Shown here: in pieces, positions 22,715 through 35,210 of the stretch | Layout of the letters: every line of letters begins with the position of its first letter | Position numbering within the stretch: the stretch's first letter is position 1 | Source of the DNA: Podarcis liolepis | Lineage: Eukaryota | DNA: 64,000 nt | Assembly (NCBI GenBank): GCA_965112155.1 | Contig: OZ218099.1 | Reading direction: 5' to 3' (one strand) | Program-made: the position numbers and the translations under genes | Notes under the pieces: generated by a model | Seen by the model: the letters and a program-made list of their open reading frames with translations, nothing else | Told to the model about the DNA's origin: nothing | Database searches by the model: none

Positions 22715-24401
22715 GGAGAGAGACAGATACTCAATATACCAGTTCAGTGCAAATTGCTTCTCGGCAAAAAAGAAAAAAAGGTCTGTATTAAAATTTTGAG
22801 CAAATATTGATCCATCAGGATATGGTCAGGATTTGGTAGCCTTCCACTCACTCAGATCGCATCACATTAAATTCAGACTCCTGTCTCTCGTCACAAAAAA
22901 ACCTCCCTCCCTTACCTCCTTGATTTACAGCTGTTCAGAACACTGGCGATTTCACTTTTTGTGTTGGCGAAAGCAGAAACAAAGCAGAAGGAAAAAGACC
23001 CCCAAACAGCCATTTGGTTTTTTTATGTGCTTAGGGAGTGAAATGGCCTGGGAATGAGCTTGATAGCACCTTAAGAGAGACTTTGCAGGGGTGAAACATG
23101 GTGGGGGGGGGGGGAGAGAACAACATTGGGTCCGTTTTAAACTGCTGTGTAGACAGACCAAGCCTGGATAGATCCCACTGGTGTGGACTGCAAGCAACGC
23201 ATATAGTGTCTAAAAACCCTGGAGTGTGTGTGTGGACACTTGCAAGCCAATAGTTCACACACATGAAACAATTCTGAACCACCTGTTTGCAAGATTACAA
23301 GCATCCCTGAAGCTGAAAGAAAGATTGATTCCAACCTGTTTATAAAGCATCCGTCCTGATTTCTTTGTACAAAGGTTGTATAACTTACCATCAATTGATG
23401 GCTATGCCACGCTTTCTTGTGCCATTGAAAGCAATCATTATCCCACACATTCCAGCACATTTTCCCACCACTTTCCTTACCGCAAAAAGTCTATTAAAAG
23501 AAAAGGTGGATTTGTTGTGCAAGAGAGCCAAATCCACTTTAATTGTGCAATGTGAATTTTCTCGTTTCCTATTGGATCCCACCTACAAATTAGCAACGGT
23601 CTGAAAACAGCCAAATCAGTTCATGTGTCCAGTGTCATGTATACACATGTCCATCTTGCATTGTAAATTAAGATGCTAATTCTATGAATGCTTATCTTTA
23701 CTTATTCAAAGGACACTTAAACTTATAATTGATATGTTACAAAAATAAAATCAGGCCCTGCCTGTAGGCGTTCAACTGGAAATCAACCTGTGCAGTCAAA
23801 GTGCTTTTTTAAACTTCAATTGATTTCAGTGGGAGAGAATTAAGCATGGGCTTAACTTCTGTGGATCATGCACTTAGTAAATATCATCTCAGAAAAGGCC
23901 CTCCTGCAGTGCAGTGAGGATTAAATTCTGAGTAAACATACATACAGGATGCATATGATGTAACGTTTAGTGTCTCCCAGCTCAATATGTGTTAATAAAT
24001 GCTGTGTGGTGCCATAGGGATTGATCATCAGCTCTTATTGCCTCGCTTATATTACGGGAGAATCCTGTAAGGAATGAACACTGTCCAGAAGAGGAGATCT
24101 ATTGCAGAATAAATTACACCAGGGTTTAGCCAGTCATCACCTCCTCTGCCCCTATTTGTCAACTCCTTTCAATGATGCTGGAGAGAAAATCCCTTGTCCC
24201 TCTCACCTTTCCTCATTCCTCTGGGCCCTTTTCCCACGCCCAGCAAAACATTCCAAAACATTTCCAGCAACATTCCACCACATCCTTTTTCTTATTAGTG
24301 CATATTTAAATTTAATTGTTCTCAAGAGTGATTTCCCATGAAAACATGTTTTAGCACCCCCCCCCCGGTAGCTTTTCTTTTTCGCTTTCTAAAATCACCA
24401 T

Positions 24402-24722
24402 AGGTAAAGGTAAAGGGACCCCTGACCATTAGGTCCAGTCATGACCGACTATGGGGCTGCGGCACTCATCTCGCTTTATTGGCCGAGGGAGCTGGTGTAC
24501 AGCTTCCAGGTCATGTGGCCAGCATGACTAAGCCGCTTCTGGTGAACCAGAGCAGCGCACGGAAACGCTGTTTACCTTCCTGCCGGAGCAGTACCTCTTT
24601 ATCTACTTGCACTTTGACGTGCTTTCGAACTGCTAGGTTGGCAGGAGCAGGGACCAAGCAACGGGAGCTCACCCCGTCGCGGGGATTCAAACCACCGACC
24701 TTCTGATCGGCAAGTCCTAGGC
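24402..24722 (-). mobile_element. Sauria SINE lacking its extreme 5' end
   Basis: GGTAAAGGTAAAGGGACCCCTGACC tail, and body near-identical to the 60782 copy. Confidence 0.93.
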
Positions 24723-25446
24723 ATCAATTACTGGCATCCGTGGGCATCAGATTCTCCATCTCCTTGGTGCCTAACAAGGCACCCCTCTCTTTTTTTTAAC
24801 TTGGTGGTTGAGGGAGACGACCATTTGGGCCAAAACGAATTTCAACAGATGTACTGTTAAGTTAATAATGCAAAGGGCTGCCCTGTATGCCTGCTATTGA
24901 GCAAGAATTTTGCTAGTTCAGTAGGCAAACAGGGTAAAAGGGAAATTAAGAAGGTAATGAAATGTTTTTCTTCTGGCTTTTGTGAATGAGGCACACAATT
25001 TCGAAATGATTCTCTAGAAGGAGCCAAATTTAAGTATGTCCTTACCTGCTCAAAATGTCCCCAAGCAACTGCTCAGAATTGCTTTTTTTAAAAAAATAGA
25101 AATGTGTAACTTGCGGTTTCTCTGCATTCTTTCCTTACTTTTCTGTGTTTTGAAGAGGTAGTTTGAGCAATTCCCACTGGCGCAGAACCCACATCGTGAA
25201 TGCTGTACTTTCTACCACGTCAGAGTAATGGTTCAGGCCTGGTCTACACCTTGTAAAAACTGAGGTGCTGACAGTCGTATACTGATAAAAGTTATTTGGG
25301 TGCCAGCAGAAAATGGCTGCCATGGACAGTAAGAGAGACAGAGACAGAGACAGAGAGACTGACTGACTGACTGGCTGGCTGGCTGGTACTCCGTGTTGGT
25401 GAGTACTGTAACAGAAAAAAGCCCTGACATTATTTTTAAAAACAGC

Positions 25447-25600
25447 CTGTTCTTGAATCCTGATTCTATCTTCTGAGGTATTAGCCACCTCTCCCAGTTT
25501 GGTGTCATCTGCAGTTTTAATGAGTATTCCCTCAATTCCTTCATCCAAATCATTTATAAAAATGTTGGACAGCACCAAGCCCAGAACAGGAACCAGTAGC
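25447..25600 (-). mobile_element. CR1 LINE reverse-transcriptase fragment
   Basis: Translation VLGLVLSNIFINDLDEGIEGILIKTADDTKLGEVANTSEDRIRIQ is the CR1 RT motif around (F)ADD. Confidence 0.9.
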
Positions 25601-25638
25601 ACCCCACATATAGGGCCTTGGTATGGTTTACCAGGATG

Positions 25639-25803
25639 ATAGAACCATAGAATTGCAGAATTGGAAGGGACCCTGAGGGTCATCCAGTCCAACCCCCTGC
25701 AATGCAGGGATCCTACTCACAGCCATGTCTTGGTGGGCTCAAACTACAGTACCAGCCTTCTAGTTAACAGCCAGACACACTGACCCATTGCACCACAGGC
25801 TCC
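25639..25803 (-). mobile_element. SINE with tRNA-Asn-like head + CR1 3' tail
   Basis: Reverse complement CCTGTGGTGCAATGGGTCAGTGTGTCTGGCTGTTAACTAGAAGGCTGGT...GAGCCCACC resembles tRNA-Asn(GTT), followed by the shared CR1 tail. Truncated relative at ~44120-44192. Confidence 0.7.
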
Positions 25804-26150
25804 CTTAATGTGTGTGAAGAACTTTGAACACTCAAAAAATTTAGTTGTTTCTGTTTTAACTATTTGTGTTTTTATCTTGTATTTTAGTCTTTTGATGAAG
25901 GGTGGTATATAAATCTAAAAAAAGAAAGAAAAGCGTTATATAAATTTCAGTGGTTTGTACTGGTAGCAGAGAACACACGAACCCTCCAAGAGCTTAGGTC
26001 ATCAAAGGACCATACAAAGAGAATAAATCAACAAATTATTACTACCACTATCCTTTTGGGTCTTTGGCCTGCAATAAAGAATTGACTGATACTGCTGCTA
26101 TGATCATGTAGGCTTAGCACTTTTCATTTTAGAAACGGAATACTATTTTG

Positions 26151-26320
26151 CAGTGTTTTTTTAAAAAAATGTTTAGGGGTACTCTCATTTTGACTCAAGG
26201 AAATCACCATTTTATAGTTCAAATTGGGGAAAATAAATACAGTAAATGGACAAAAGTACAAAGATTCGCAAAATGTTTAGGGGTATGCATACCCCTGCGT
26301 ACCTCCAGAAAAAAGCACTG
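26151..26320. mobile_element. hAT-type MITE with 8-bp TSD
   Basis: TIR CAGTGTTTTTTT / AAAAAAGCACTG; flanks CTATTTTG / CTACTTTG (one mismatch). Confidence 0.85.
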
Positions 26321-29300
26321 CTACTTTGTAACCCTCAAAAGGTAACGTGGAAAGCAGTCCGTCTTTTGTCCTCCTCGCCCCCTCCAGTTAAATTCTTTAA
26401 AATGAGATACTGGAGCTGAAGCCATCTATACATGAGTAACATGTAGTTGTGCACACACATGCACATTCAGAGGGCGTTCACACACCCAAGAATCCTGGGA
26501 TCTGTAGTTTGCTAAGGGTGCTGGGAAATATAGTTTTGTGTGTGGGTGTGAACTGCAGTTCTCAGAATTCTTTGAGGGCAGCGATTTAAATGTATGGGAT
26601 CTATGCAGCCTCAAATGTGTGTGGGCTGGTCAGGTATGATATTGTAGTTGGTCATGCTGTTATTTTCTTCGTTGTGGCCAAACCTGGGAATGCAGGTAAG
26701 CCCTGGCCCAGCTCAAGCTTCCTACTGACCTCTAGCGGTATAAAGAAGCAAGAACAAATGGAACTGAAGCAAGCCACAACCTTGCTTTTTAAGTGCAGAG
26801 ACAAGGGACCTGGGGCCTCCCCCTACAGCTCCCATTATTTTGACTATTGGCCATGCTGGTGGAGGCTGATGGGCATTGGAGTGCAACAACATCTGGAGGG
26901 CCACAGGTTCCCCACCCTGGTTGAAAGTGTATTTTCCAGTTCTCACTGCATATGGGGGCAGGATAGGATAGGACTGGGCAAGATCTGTGGCTGGGAAGAT
27001 TTTGCAGAGAACATTTGCGGTGGCACGCACTTTCCCAGCTGGTCCTCAGAGGAAATGCATGCCCAAGTAGCAAAACAAAAAGGGCTGTTTTTGCTGTGTG
27101 TGGTTCCTTGTTGCCTGAAATGCACTCTCCAGAAGCCTTTTGCTTTAATCAATGGGAGATTATCATATCGACAGAGAAATTCCCTTTTGTTGCAAAGCCA
27201 GCTCCTTGCCATTTGGGCTTCAGCTCAACTTTAAACAATAAAGAGTAAATATTGGCTCTAGTTTCACATAGTTGTTAAAAGGTGGCTGTTTTCAGCAGCC
27301 CTCCAGAGGTTGTTTAATTGAGTCCAACAATACCCACAGAGCTGCAAAGTCATCCACCCAGATGTAGAGTTTCTCTACTGCCGCCGCCCCCCCCCCCATG
27401 AAAAACTGAAATTAGTAATAGGGTTTTATTATTTATTCATTAATAGATTTGTACCCCACTTATCCATGGAGGCCATATATTCAAAATGGCTAACAAGAAA
27501 ATCCAAACACCTATCATAAAAACATCCAATATAATTTCAAATGAAGCCTGCTCTTATTTTGATTCCACCTGGCTGAAATTGTTTCAGTTCAAGTTAATCA
27601 AATTTCTATAACCAGTTCAGCACAAAATAGAAGAAAATAAAATGATGCTTAATTTCTTACAGGTGAGTAATACCCATTTCAGAGTCAGAGCAGAACAAGA
27701 TGACCTAGTGACAGAAGCCAGTGTGTTTTAGCATTACTTTCTACAATAAATCTGATCTGCTCCAGGATGAAGTTCCCTTTGCATCAATGGGCAGAGTTCT
27801 TATCTAGACACCACACAGAAAAGCAGTAAGTACTTTATTTCACAATTCCTTCCCCCCTCCCCTCTGCATTTCAGTGTAGAAGGAAGATGGGAGAGAATTC
27901 TCAACTGGTTTGCCCAATCACAGCCAACTTGCACCAACTAGGAGTTTTGCAGGTCATGGAAAGGGGTGGGGCTGTGGTTCAGGAGGCAGGGAATATCATC
28001 AGGATTAAAAGTGCTATATAGAAGCACCTGCCAGAGTCATTCTGCTCTCAGTTGCCCAGTGCTGCATCATCAAACAGCTTCCTGGATCGTCTACTCAGCC
28101 TGGATTGAAGACAAACACCTGTGCTTTCTTCTTATCCCACTTACTACCTGATACGCCTACTGCAAGCAACAGACCTCGGTACATCACTTCTGTAGGGATA
28201 ACCAGCACGCATCAGGGGAACATAAAGAAGAGTGATGATGGAGCACGGTAAGTGAAGCAGGATAACTTCTTTATCACCTTTTTTAAAAAAAGTGGAGCTT
28301 GGAATATGCAAGATCAAGAACAGCAAAAAAGAGTTCTGGCATGCTGAAGTTTACCATTAAATAATGTACTGATTGCGTTTTAAAGGGTTTCCCCTTGTTC
28401 TGCTTTCTCTTGCTGATGAGACTGGAAAATATGGGATGTTAAATAGCTTCTGAGCTACTAGTATTTGGTTTAGCTTGTTGATGGTATTCCTGTGCCTTCC
28501 TCTGCCGCCTCCTGAAAGTTGTTGTCGTTCTCGTTTGAAGTCTCTCTGTACTTTTTTGTGCCTTACCCATCTTTGAACTCTAGGAGTGAATGAGTAACAT
28601 AACCAAAATTCTGCCTTGGTCCTCATCACACAGGAAGATCACTGGGCATTAGTAGTGGCTGTGCAGCAAAACAGTCATCCAGCTAATTTGTCACATGTAC
28701 AAGTTGGGTTTCACCCTGAAATAATGTGCCACAGAAGTCAGTAGTTCATCTCTTTAACTGGTTGAAACTTGATCTAAGTGCATGTTGGAGCCATCAGACA
28801 TTTCCAGGACACAGGCATGGGGTGGTCAGTTAGTTTCTGCTCAAAAAAACATGAACTGAAAGTATCAGACAGATATCTGTCTGGGATTGTAGACCAGGTG
28901 GAGGTGATGTGATTGATAGGTTGTCAGTGGCACATGCACTTATTTCCCACCCCACTCCTCCTCCTATTGCCTCTGGTCAAAGATGTTCAGTAGGGCTTTG
29001 AAATGCTGAAAGCTCATTTGGCCAGAGGCAATAGTGGTGTCAGTGCCAGCTCCAGGTTTGGCCAAGATGCCTTCAGCCAACCTTTCTCTTTTCTTCTCTG
29101 AGTTGACCCACCTTTAAACATCTCTGCCCTTTTGCTTTTGCTTGTCCTCACCCTCTGGACTCAAGAGAAATGGTTGCTGCTTCATTCTTGCTGCTTAAAT
29201 ATCCAAAGAGGACCAATGATTAGGTAGAGCCAGAGATGAAAGAGTAGCAAGGCCAGGAGGCTCTTAGCATTGATGATGGGCTCTCTGCAGGGGTGTAGAC

Positions 29301-29479
29301 CTTGGCAAGTGCTGCTGCTGATGATCATGATGATATCCTGAGCCTAAATGCCAGGGAGGAAAACCAGTGAGTGCAACTGTGAGCATCAATGGTTTTACTC
29401 TGCTATCTTCAACTCTCTTTGAGGAGGACAGGAGAAGAATCTCTTGACTATCTCCATCCTGAAATATCTATAATTCTTT

Positions 29480-29785
29480 GTGAGCCTCCTAGGATGGTAA
29501 CACAAGAAGAGGCCTTCTCTGCAGTGGCTCCCCGTCTGTGGAATGCTCTTTCCAGGGAAGTTCGTCTGGTGACTTCCTTATACACCTTTAAGCACCAGGC
29601 AAAAATGTTCCTTTTTAACCAGGCCTTTGCATGTTTTGATTGACATCCTATGCCCTTTTAAAATGGGGAGGGGGAGTTGCTTTTTAAATATTTTGTGGTT
29701 TTATATTTTGATTTTGTTCTGTGAACCACCCTGAGACCTCTGGGTATAGGGTGGTATACAAATTCAATAAATAAAATAAAATAAA
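29480..29785 (+). mobile_element. L2 LINE 3' end
   Basis: EAFSAVAPRLWNALSREVRLVTSLYTFKHQAKMFLFNQAF, followed by a 3' UTR and A-rich tail. Confidence 0.85.
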
Positions 29786-30544
29786 CAATAATATAAGGCC
29801 ATAATAATCCATAATGTAACTGAGAAAATGGAGTCACTCTTTGAAATAGATAGCAACTTGATTCCATGGCTACAACTTCTGTCTACTCAAAATTACATGC
29901 AGAACATAGATTGGAATTTAGATCTTTATTGGATCTTAGTGTTGTGCAAGGATATTTGTCCAAAATCTCAGGCAGAGAGGTTTATTGGTACTTTTTCCTT
30001 CCTTGTAGTTTATAGAGCTGTTGTATATAATTCCTTCACCATTAATGTTATGTCTGCAATCCAGCAAGTGGATTTTCAGGCTTCATTCCTCTTTGTTTCA
30101 CCATACATAGGTCTTATTTTATTTTCTGCAAAGCTCTCATTTATTTCAATAGAATGTACAGTACGGGTGCTTCCAAACTACCGCTATTTTGGGATGGAAT
30201 TCAGTCACAGACCAGCAAATTCAGGTTGTACAATGGTAGTTGAGGTTAGGAATTGTGCAACAAAACTTCTTCCCAAAAAGTTCAGGCTTTTTGCTGTAAG
30301 GCAAGTGATGGGGAAATGAACCAGAAAGTGTGGGATAACACCTGTGTCTTCCAACCCCTTTGGAAACAAATCAGGATGACTGCCGAATAAATGGTTTTTG
30401 CTTGAAGAGGCCTCAATGTCATGCAGGCTTGCTTGTAGTCCACACATTTCCCTCTGGCTTTTATCCTTCCTTTCTTATTTGTCTTGCAAAGCAGACAGCT
30501 TTGAAGCCATTTAGGGAGATAACTAAGAGTGCAATAAATACCAC

Positions 30545-30583
<39 letters not shown>

Positions 30584-31330
30584 AAAATTTTTATTAGTTA
30601 GTAAAACATGGAGGCATAAAAGCAGAATGGTGACCACAACTATTTTTCCCAAGGAAAGAAGAAATGGGGCAGGGGTGGGTGGGTGAAGCATTGTTGCTTG
30701 GGAGTGGAAAGTTCAAATGTCACCTTACACTCTAAGTAAGCAGCTTCAGAGCCTCGCAGTAAGATTCATAAAACTTTTAGGGCAACACCTTTCCCATAAG
30801 ATGGCTTAAGTGCCAGATGTCCTGTTTAATTTCCTTGTGGGTCCCAATTTTGCAGAAAGGAAGTGGGTTATAAGTCTCCTTGATGGCTATGTCTTCCAGT
30901 TAATTATTTGGGATCCGAAATAACTAGCTTCAGTAGAAGTAAATTGCACACTAATGTTTTGAGGACAACAGCCTTGCAGATAAATCTTACGCTGCCTACA
31001 GGCAGCACTTTATTCCATTTACTCAATGTTTATTACCTGTTAATTTCTGCAGTGAGGCTGATACTGACCCAAGCAAGCATGCATAAAATTGCAGCCTTGG
31101 CTTCCTCACCGTTAAACATTATCTCCCCATCTCAGTCAGCCAGTCTCAGGGCCCCTCCTGCCTTGTATGTGTTTGCCTTTTTTGCTGTGACACGCCACTG
31201 ATGCAATAATTGTGCATTAGTGGTGGATTTACTCTGGACCATCCGCACATTGTTCTGTTTTATTAGCTGCTCTGCTATGCTTCCTCTGTGTTACTGCATT
31301 ATAGCCATCCGGACAGGCACTTTTGCACTA

Positions 31331-31833
31331 CAGTGGTACCTTGGTTCTCAAACTTAATCCGTTCCGGAAGTCCGTTCCAAAACCAAAGCATTCCAAAACC
31401 AAGGCATGCTTTCCCATAGAAAGTAATGCAAAACAGATTAACCCATTCCAGACTTTTAAAAACAACCTCTAGAACAGCAATTTAACATGAATTTTACTCT
31501 CTAACGAGTCCGTTGATCCATAAAATGAAAGCAATAAACAACGTACTGCAGTCACACAATCAATCAATCAATCAATCAGTAGCTGAACTGAGTTCCACAC
31601 AGTCACAAAAACAAAACAAAACAAAAGTCACAAAAATGTAAAATAAATAGCAAAAACAGACAGACCTCAGCGTAACGCTCAAAGCGGAAGTGTGGCACTC
31701 AAATCGGAAGCGTTAACACTCAAAACAGAGTATGTTCAGCTTCCGGAAAAAGTTCGCAAACCGGAACACTTACCTCTGGGTTAGCACTGTTTGGGTTTGA
31801 GTACCAAGGCATTTGAAAAGCAAGGTACCATTA
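31331..31833. mobile_element. Tc1/mariner non-autonomous element (~500 bp)
   Basis: TA|CAGTGGTACCTTGGTT ... CAAGGTACCATTA|TA termini. Confidence 0.85.
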
Positions 31834-31989
31834 TATAGCACAATAAAAATGGGACAAAATAAATAAATAAGCCAGAATACTTGTGGTATGAAAAATTACA
31901 GGATTTCAGCAGACACAAAATGAGGCAGTATGCCTGCCCCGAAACATTTGCAGGCACAAATAGGACTGAAAGCAAGATCGCATATACCT

Positions 31990-32070
31990 ACGCCATCTGT
32001 CACGGATGTTCTAGCTGAGATTCCTGCATTGCAGGGGGTTGGACTAGATGACCCTTGGGTCACTTCCAAC
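31990..32070 (+). mobile_element. CR1 LINE native 3' end
   Basis: GCCATCTGTCACGGATGTTCTAGCTGAGATTCCTGCATTGCAGGGGGTTGGACTAGATGACCCTT...CTTCCAAC. Confidence 0.75.
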
Positions 32071-35000
32071 AACAACTGTTGTTGTTGTTGTTATACCCCA
32101 CCCACCTTGCTGGGTTTCCCCAGCCACTCTGGGCAGCTTCCAGGACATATAAAAACATAACAAAACATCTGCAATGCTATGATTCTACCCCAATACTATC
32201 GCAAACACAAGCACAATGAAAAGGATGTAAGGAGAAGCCCTATGATCCTTTTAAAAGATTAGAAAGGACAGGATGGCACAAGATTGCACCTTAAGCTGCA
32301 TGTCCAGTGACCACACTATGGGCTTGGGAAAGATGTGGGGCCATAACTTCTATCCAACTTTGCATATGGTTTAGCAGTTAAACTTTAACTCATCTGCTAG
32401 CGTGGACTAAAGTATATTGTCCATTGATGAGCTATGTTTGGTCTGTGTTTTGCCCAAACCCCTATGGCCACGTGAAGGTAGACCTGGGAAAAATGAGGAG
32501 GGGAGTGGCTTGATTTACCACAGGCACTTCTGCATGACCGAAAGAACTCTTCCAGAGTCTCCAGCTTGGTGCAAATACTTCCAGTTGCAATGGGTGTAAT
32601 TAACTTAGAAGCACTCTCTGTTGCTAGATATCAGCAAGGGCTGAGTCACAGGGAGGAGACACCAAAATGACTAGGGTGAGCACATGCAGTGACTCTAGCC
32701 GGGATGCCAAGAGTCTATTAGTGGTTCAGGCATTTGTGTTTCCTTGAAAGGCTCTTAGGCACAAAACTGGCATCTCTCCATCCCCATCAGCTCCACATTG
32801 TTTGTTCTGTGGCTGGTTCTCCCTTGCATTCCTGTGTGGCGGATAGGTAAGGCGGTGTTTATGGATCTGCGCTACCCATAGCAGGCAATCTTAGGTGCTT
32901 GAGGCTGCAATCCATGTATACTTATAGTTGGGAGTAACTCCCATTCAGCTTAATAAGGTTTAATAGGGTGCTGAGCTTCTCTGCTGTCGCGTCTCAGTGG
33001 CCAAAGCAGGTAGATTTCCAGAACCCACACCTGCTCCTGAAAGAATTAGCAGGAGGGATCTATAAGATTGTACCAGTTTCTCTTCCCTTCCTTCACATGT
33101 TTTGCTAACTCTCTCGTAAGCTGGTCTCCAGCACCCAGTTGACTTCTGTTGGCTTTGGCCCATAATTTTCCAGCTGTAAGTATCTGTGAGAAGGGAGACT
33201 GCCAGTATCCACGTTTCAGCCTTGTGACATTTGGCAAGTCAACTCCCAGAGTCATCATACCAAGCATACCTGTCATAGGTATCATAGGTGCCAGATTGCC
33301 TCTTAATTTCCAAATCTGATCTCCTGGCTGCAGAGACATGCTGGAGACTCAATAGAAACATGGAGCAGGGGGACGCAGTTTTAAAGCCTTGCAGTTCTAT
33401 CAGATTATGGACTCCCCTTACCCACCCAAGACGAGAATTGCGGTACATAGGAACTCTGTGCTGGGGATATGAAATGATGACCAGGTTAAAGGACAAGCTA
33501 TCAGAGTGCTCTTTTCCAGATTACATGAAGGAGCAGTGGGTGTTTTGAGATGCCAAACGCTGATCCCATTATTTTCATTATTATGTATTTATATACCGCC
33601 TTTCCTTTCAAGCAGTTCACAAACCACTATCAACCGCAAAATAACAAGAATAAAACCAAATGGTAAAAATGCAGCCATATAGGTCTAGCACAGGTCTTTC
33701 AAAGCTCTGGAGCGATAAAATCATTTCCTGGGCAATGAAGTAGATCCCATGTTTATGAAGAAATAAAATGAGGTCTTTTTTCTTCTAAAGCAATGGTTTG
33801 GCTCTCAACACTTCTTCTAAAAGAGACGCATGTTAGAGGTAGTTGCAGAATGTGATCAAAGTGATGAGGTGACAAATATACACATGGCAATAATCTGCAA
33901 TGGATTTTATCACTTCATTTGAAAATTGGGAACGCTCATATTTATGTAAAAACTCCAAACTGGTACCACCACTTTTTAAACCATTCCCCCCTCCCACTGC
34001 CACAACTTTTATTTAGCATAGCCCACAAAGAAAAGAAAATATTATTTGCTGCATAGTTGCAGTTTTAACTGGTGATTCAAGCATGCATTTTTTCTTTCAT
34101 GATTCCACAGCTGCCCCCTCGCCCAAATGAAATATTTGTGCAGATCAGGATTCCTCAGTTTCATCACAGAAAAAGGATACATAATCCCAGGTTTCTAGCT
34201 CTTAAGACTGCCATGGAAAGCTTAAAAGAGGGTAAATCTCAGAAACCACAATATGAGTTAGGGATGGGTATTAGTGCCCAGCCTTTTGTCCCTCCCTAGG
34301 GCTAGCAGAATAAGCATCAGAAGCAAGGATGTTGCAACACTTTTAAGTGGCATACTACATCCTGTCATAAACCTTGGGGGCAGGGGATATAGTACACAAC
34401 ACCGTCACCTATTACAGTTTTGAAGTGGCACATATAAAATAACCCACAGAATTAATCTTACAGATGCTAAAATTTTACACTCTGAAAAAGATCAACTGTA
34501 CTCACCCAAAGCCAGACCAGATTTCCTTTTTTGTTTAAATGCTTAGGGCCAGATTCAATGAAGCTTTTGTGCTAGAAGAAGCCAGCGCAACGAATCCTAC
34601 TAGGGCAATGCTAGTACATTGTCACTTTCCAGTCAAGCAAAGGACAGGGTGTGGGAAGAGTCAATGGGCCGCCTCAAGAGGCCTGGAGGGCTTCACTCAG
34701 TCTCCTAGGCCCGAGATTTCCTTTCCTTGCTGCAAAATATGCAAGGCCCCTAGCCGATTTGGGCCATGCAACAAGCATTCACTTTTGCTTAATCACCAGT
34801 TTCCTCAGCCCCTCCCCTAAAAAAAACCCCATTCTATACTGAAACCCATCCCAGGTTGAAAACAATGTAGGGTGGAGTGATTTGGTCCAAGCCCCATCTT
34901 CTCCTTGACTCACATTATTCTGCTTCCTTCCTCTAAAACTTCTCTTGATTTCAAGCCAGGAAGGATCATTGCAGAGCTTCTTTTCACACCTTCCTACTGA

Positions 35001-35072
35001 ACTGCTAAATAAAGGTGGGACTAGGAGCAAGATCACTACAGACCTGTCCTCCCCCCTGACAAAACAGTCCGG

Positions 35073-35210
35073 GAGGGATGGCTAAATTGTGGCCCCCCAG
35101 TTGTTGTTGGATTCCAGCTCCCAGCAGCCCCAGCCAATATGGCCAGTGGTCAAGTATGAGGGAGGTGTCGCCCGACAGCAACCGGGGCACCACAGAGTTC
35201 CTCATCCCTG
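35073..35210. mobile_element. Short hAT-type MITE
   Basis: AGGGATG...CATCCCTG termini; body related to 19734-19863. Confidence 0.6.

Noticed and set aside
26590-27234. 214-aa ORF
   Set aside because: Spans MITE fragments and has no recognisable domain.
27586-30230. Scattered plus-strand splice-like signals (~27663, 28196-28247, ~30152-30223) suggesting a spliced lncRNA
   Set aside because: Such sites are expected by chance and give no coherent frame; RNA-seq would be needed.
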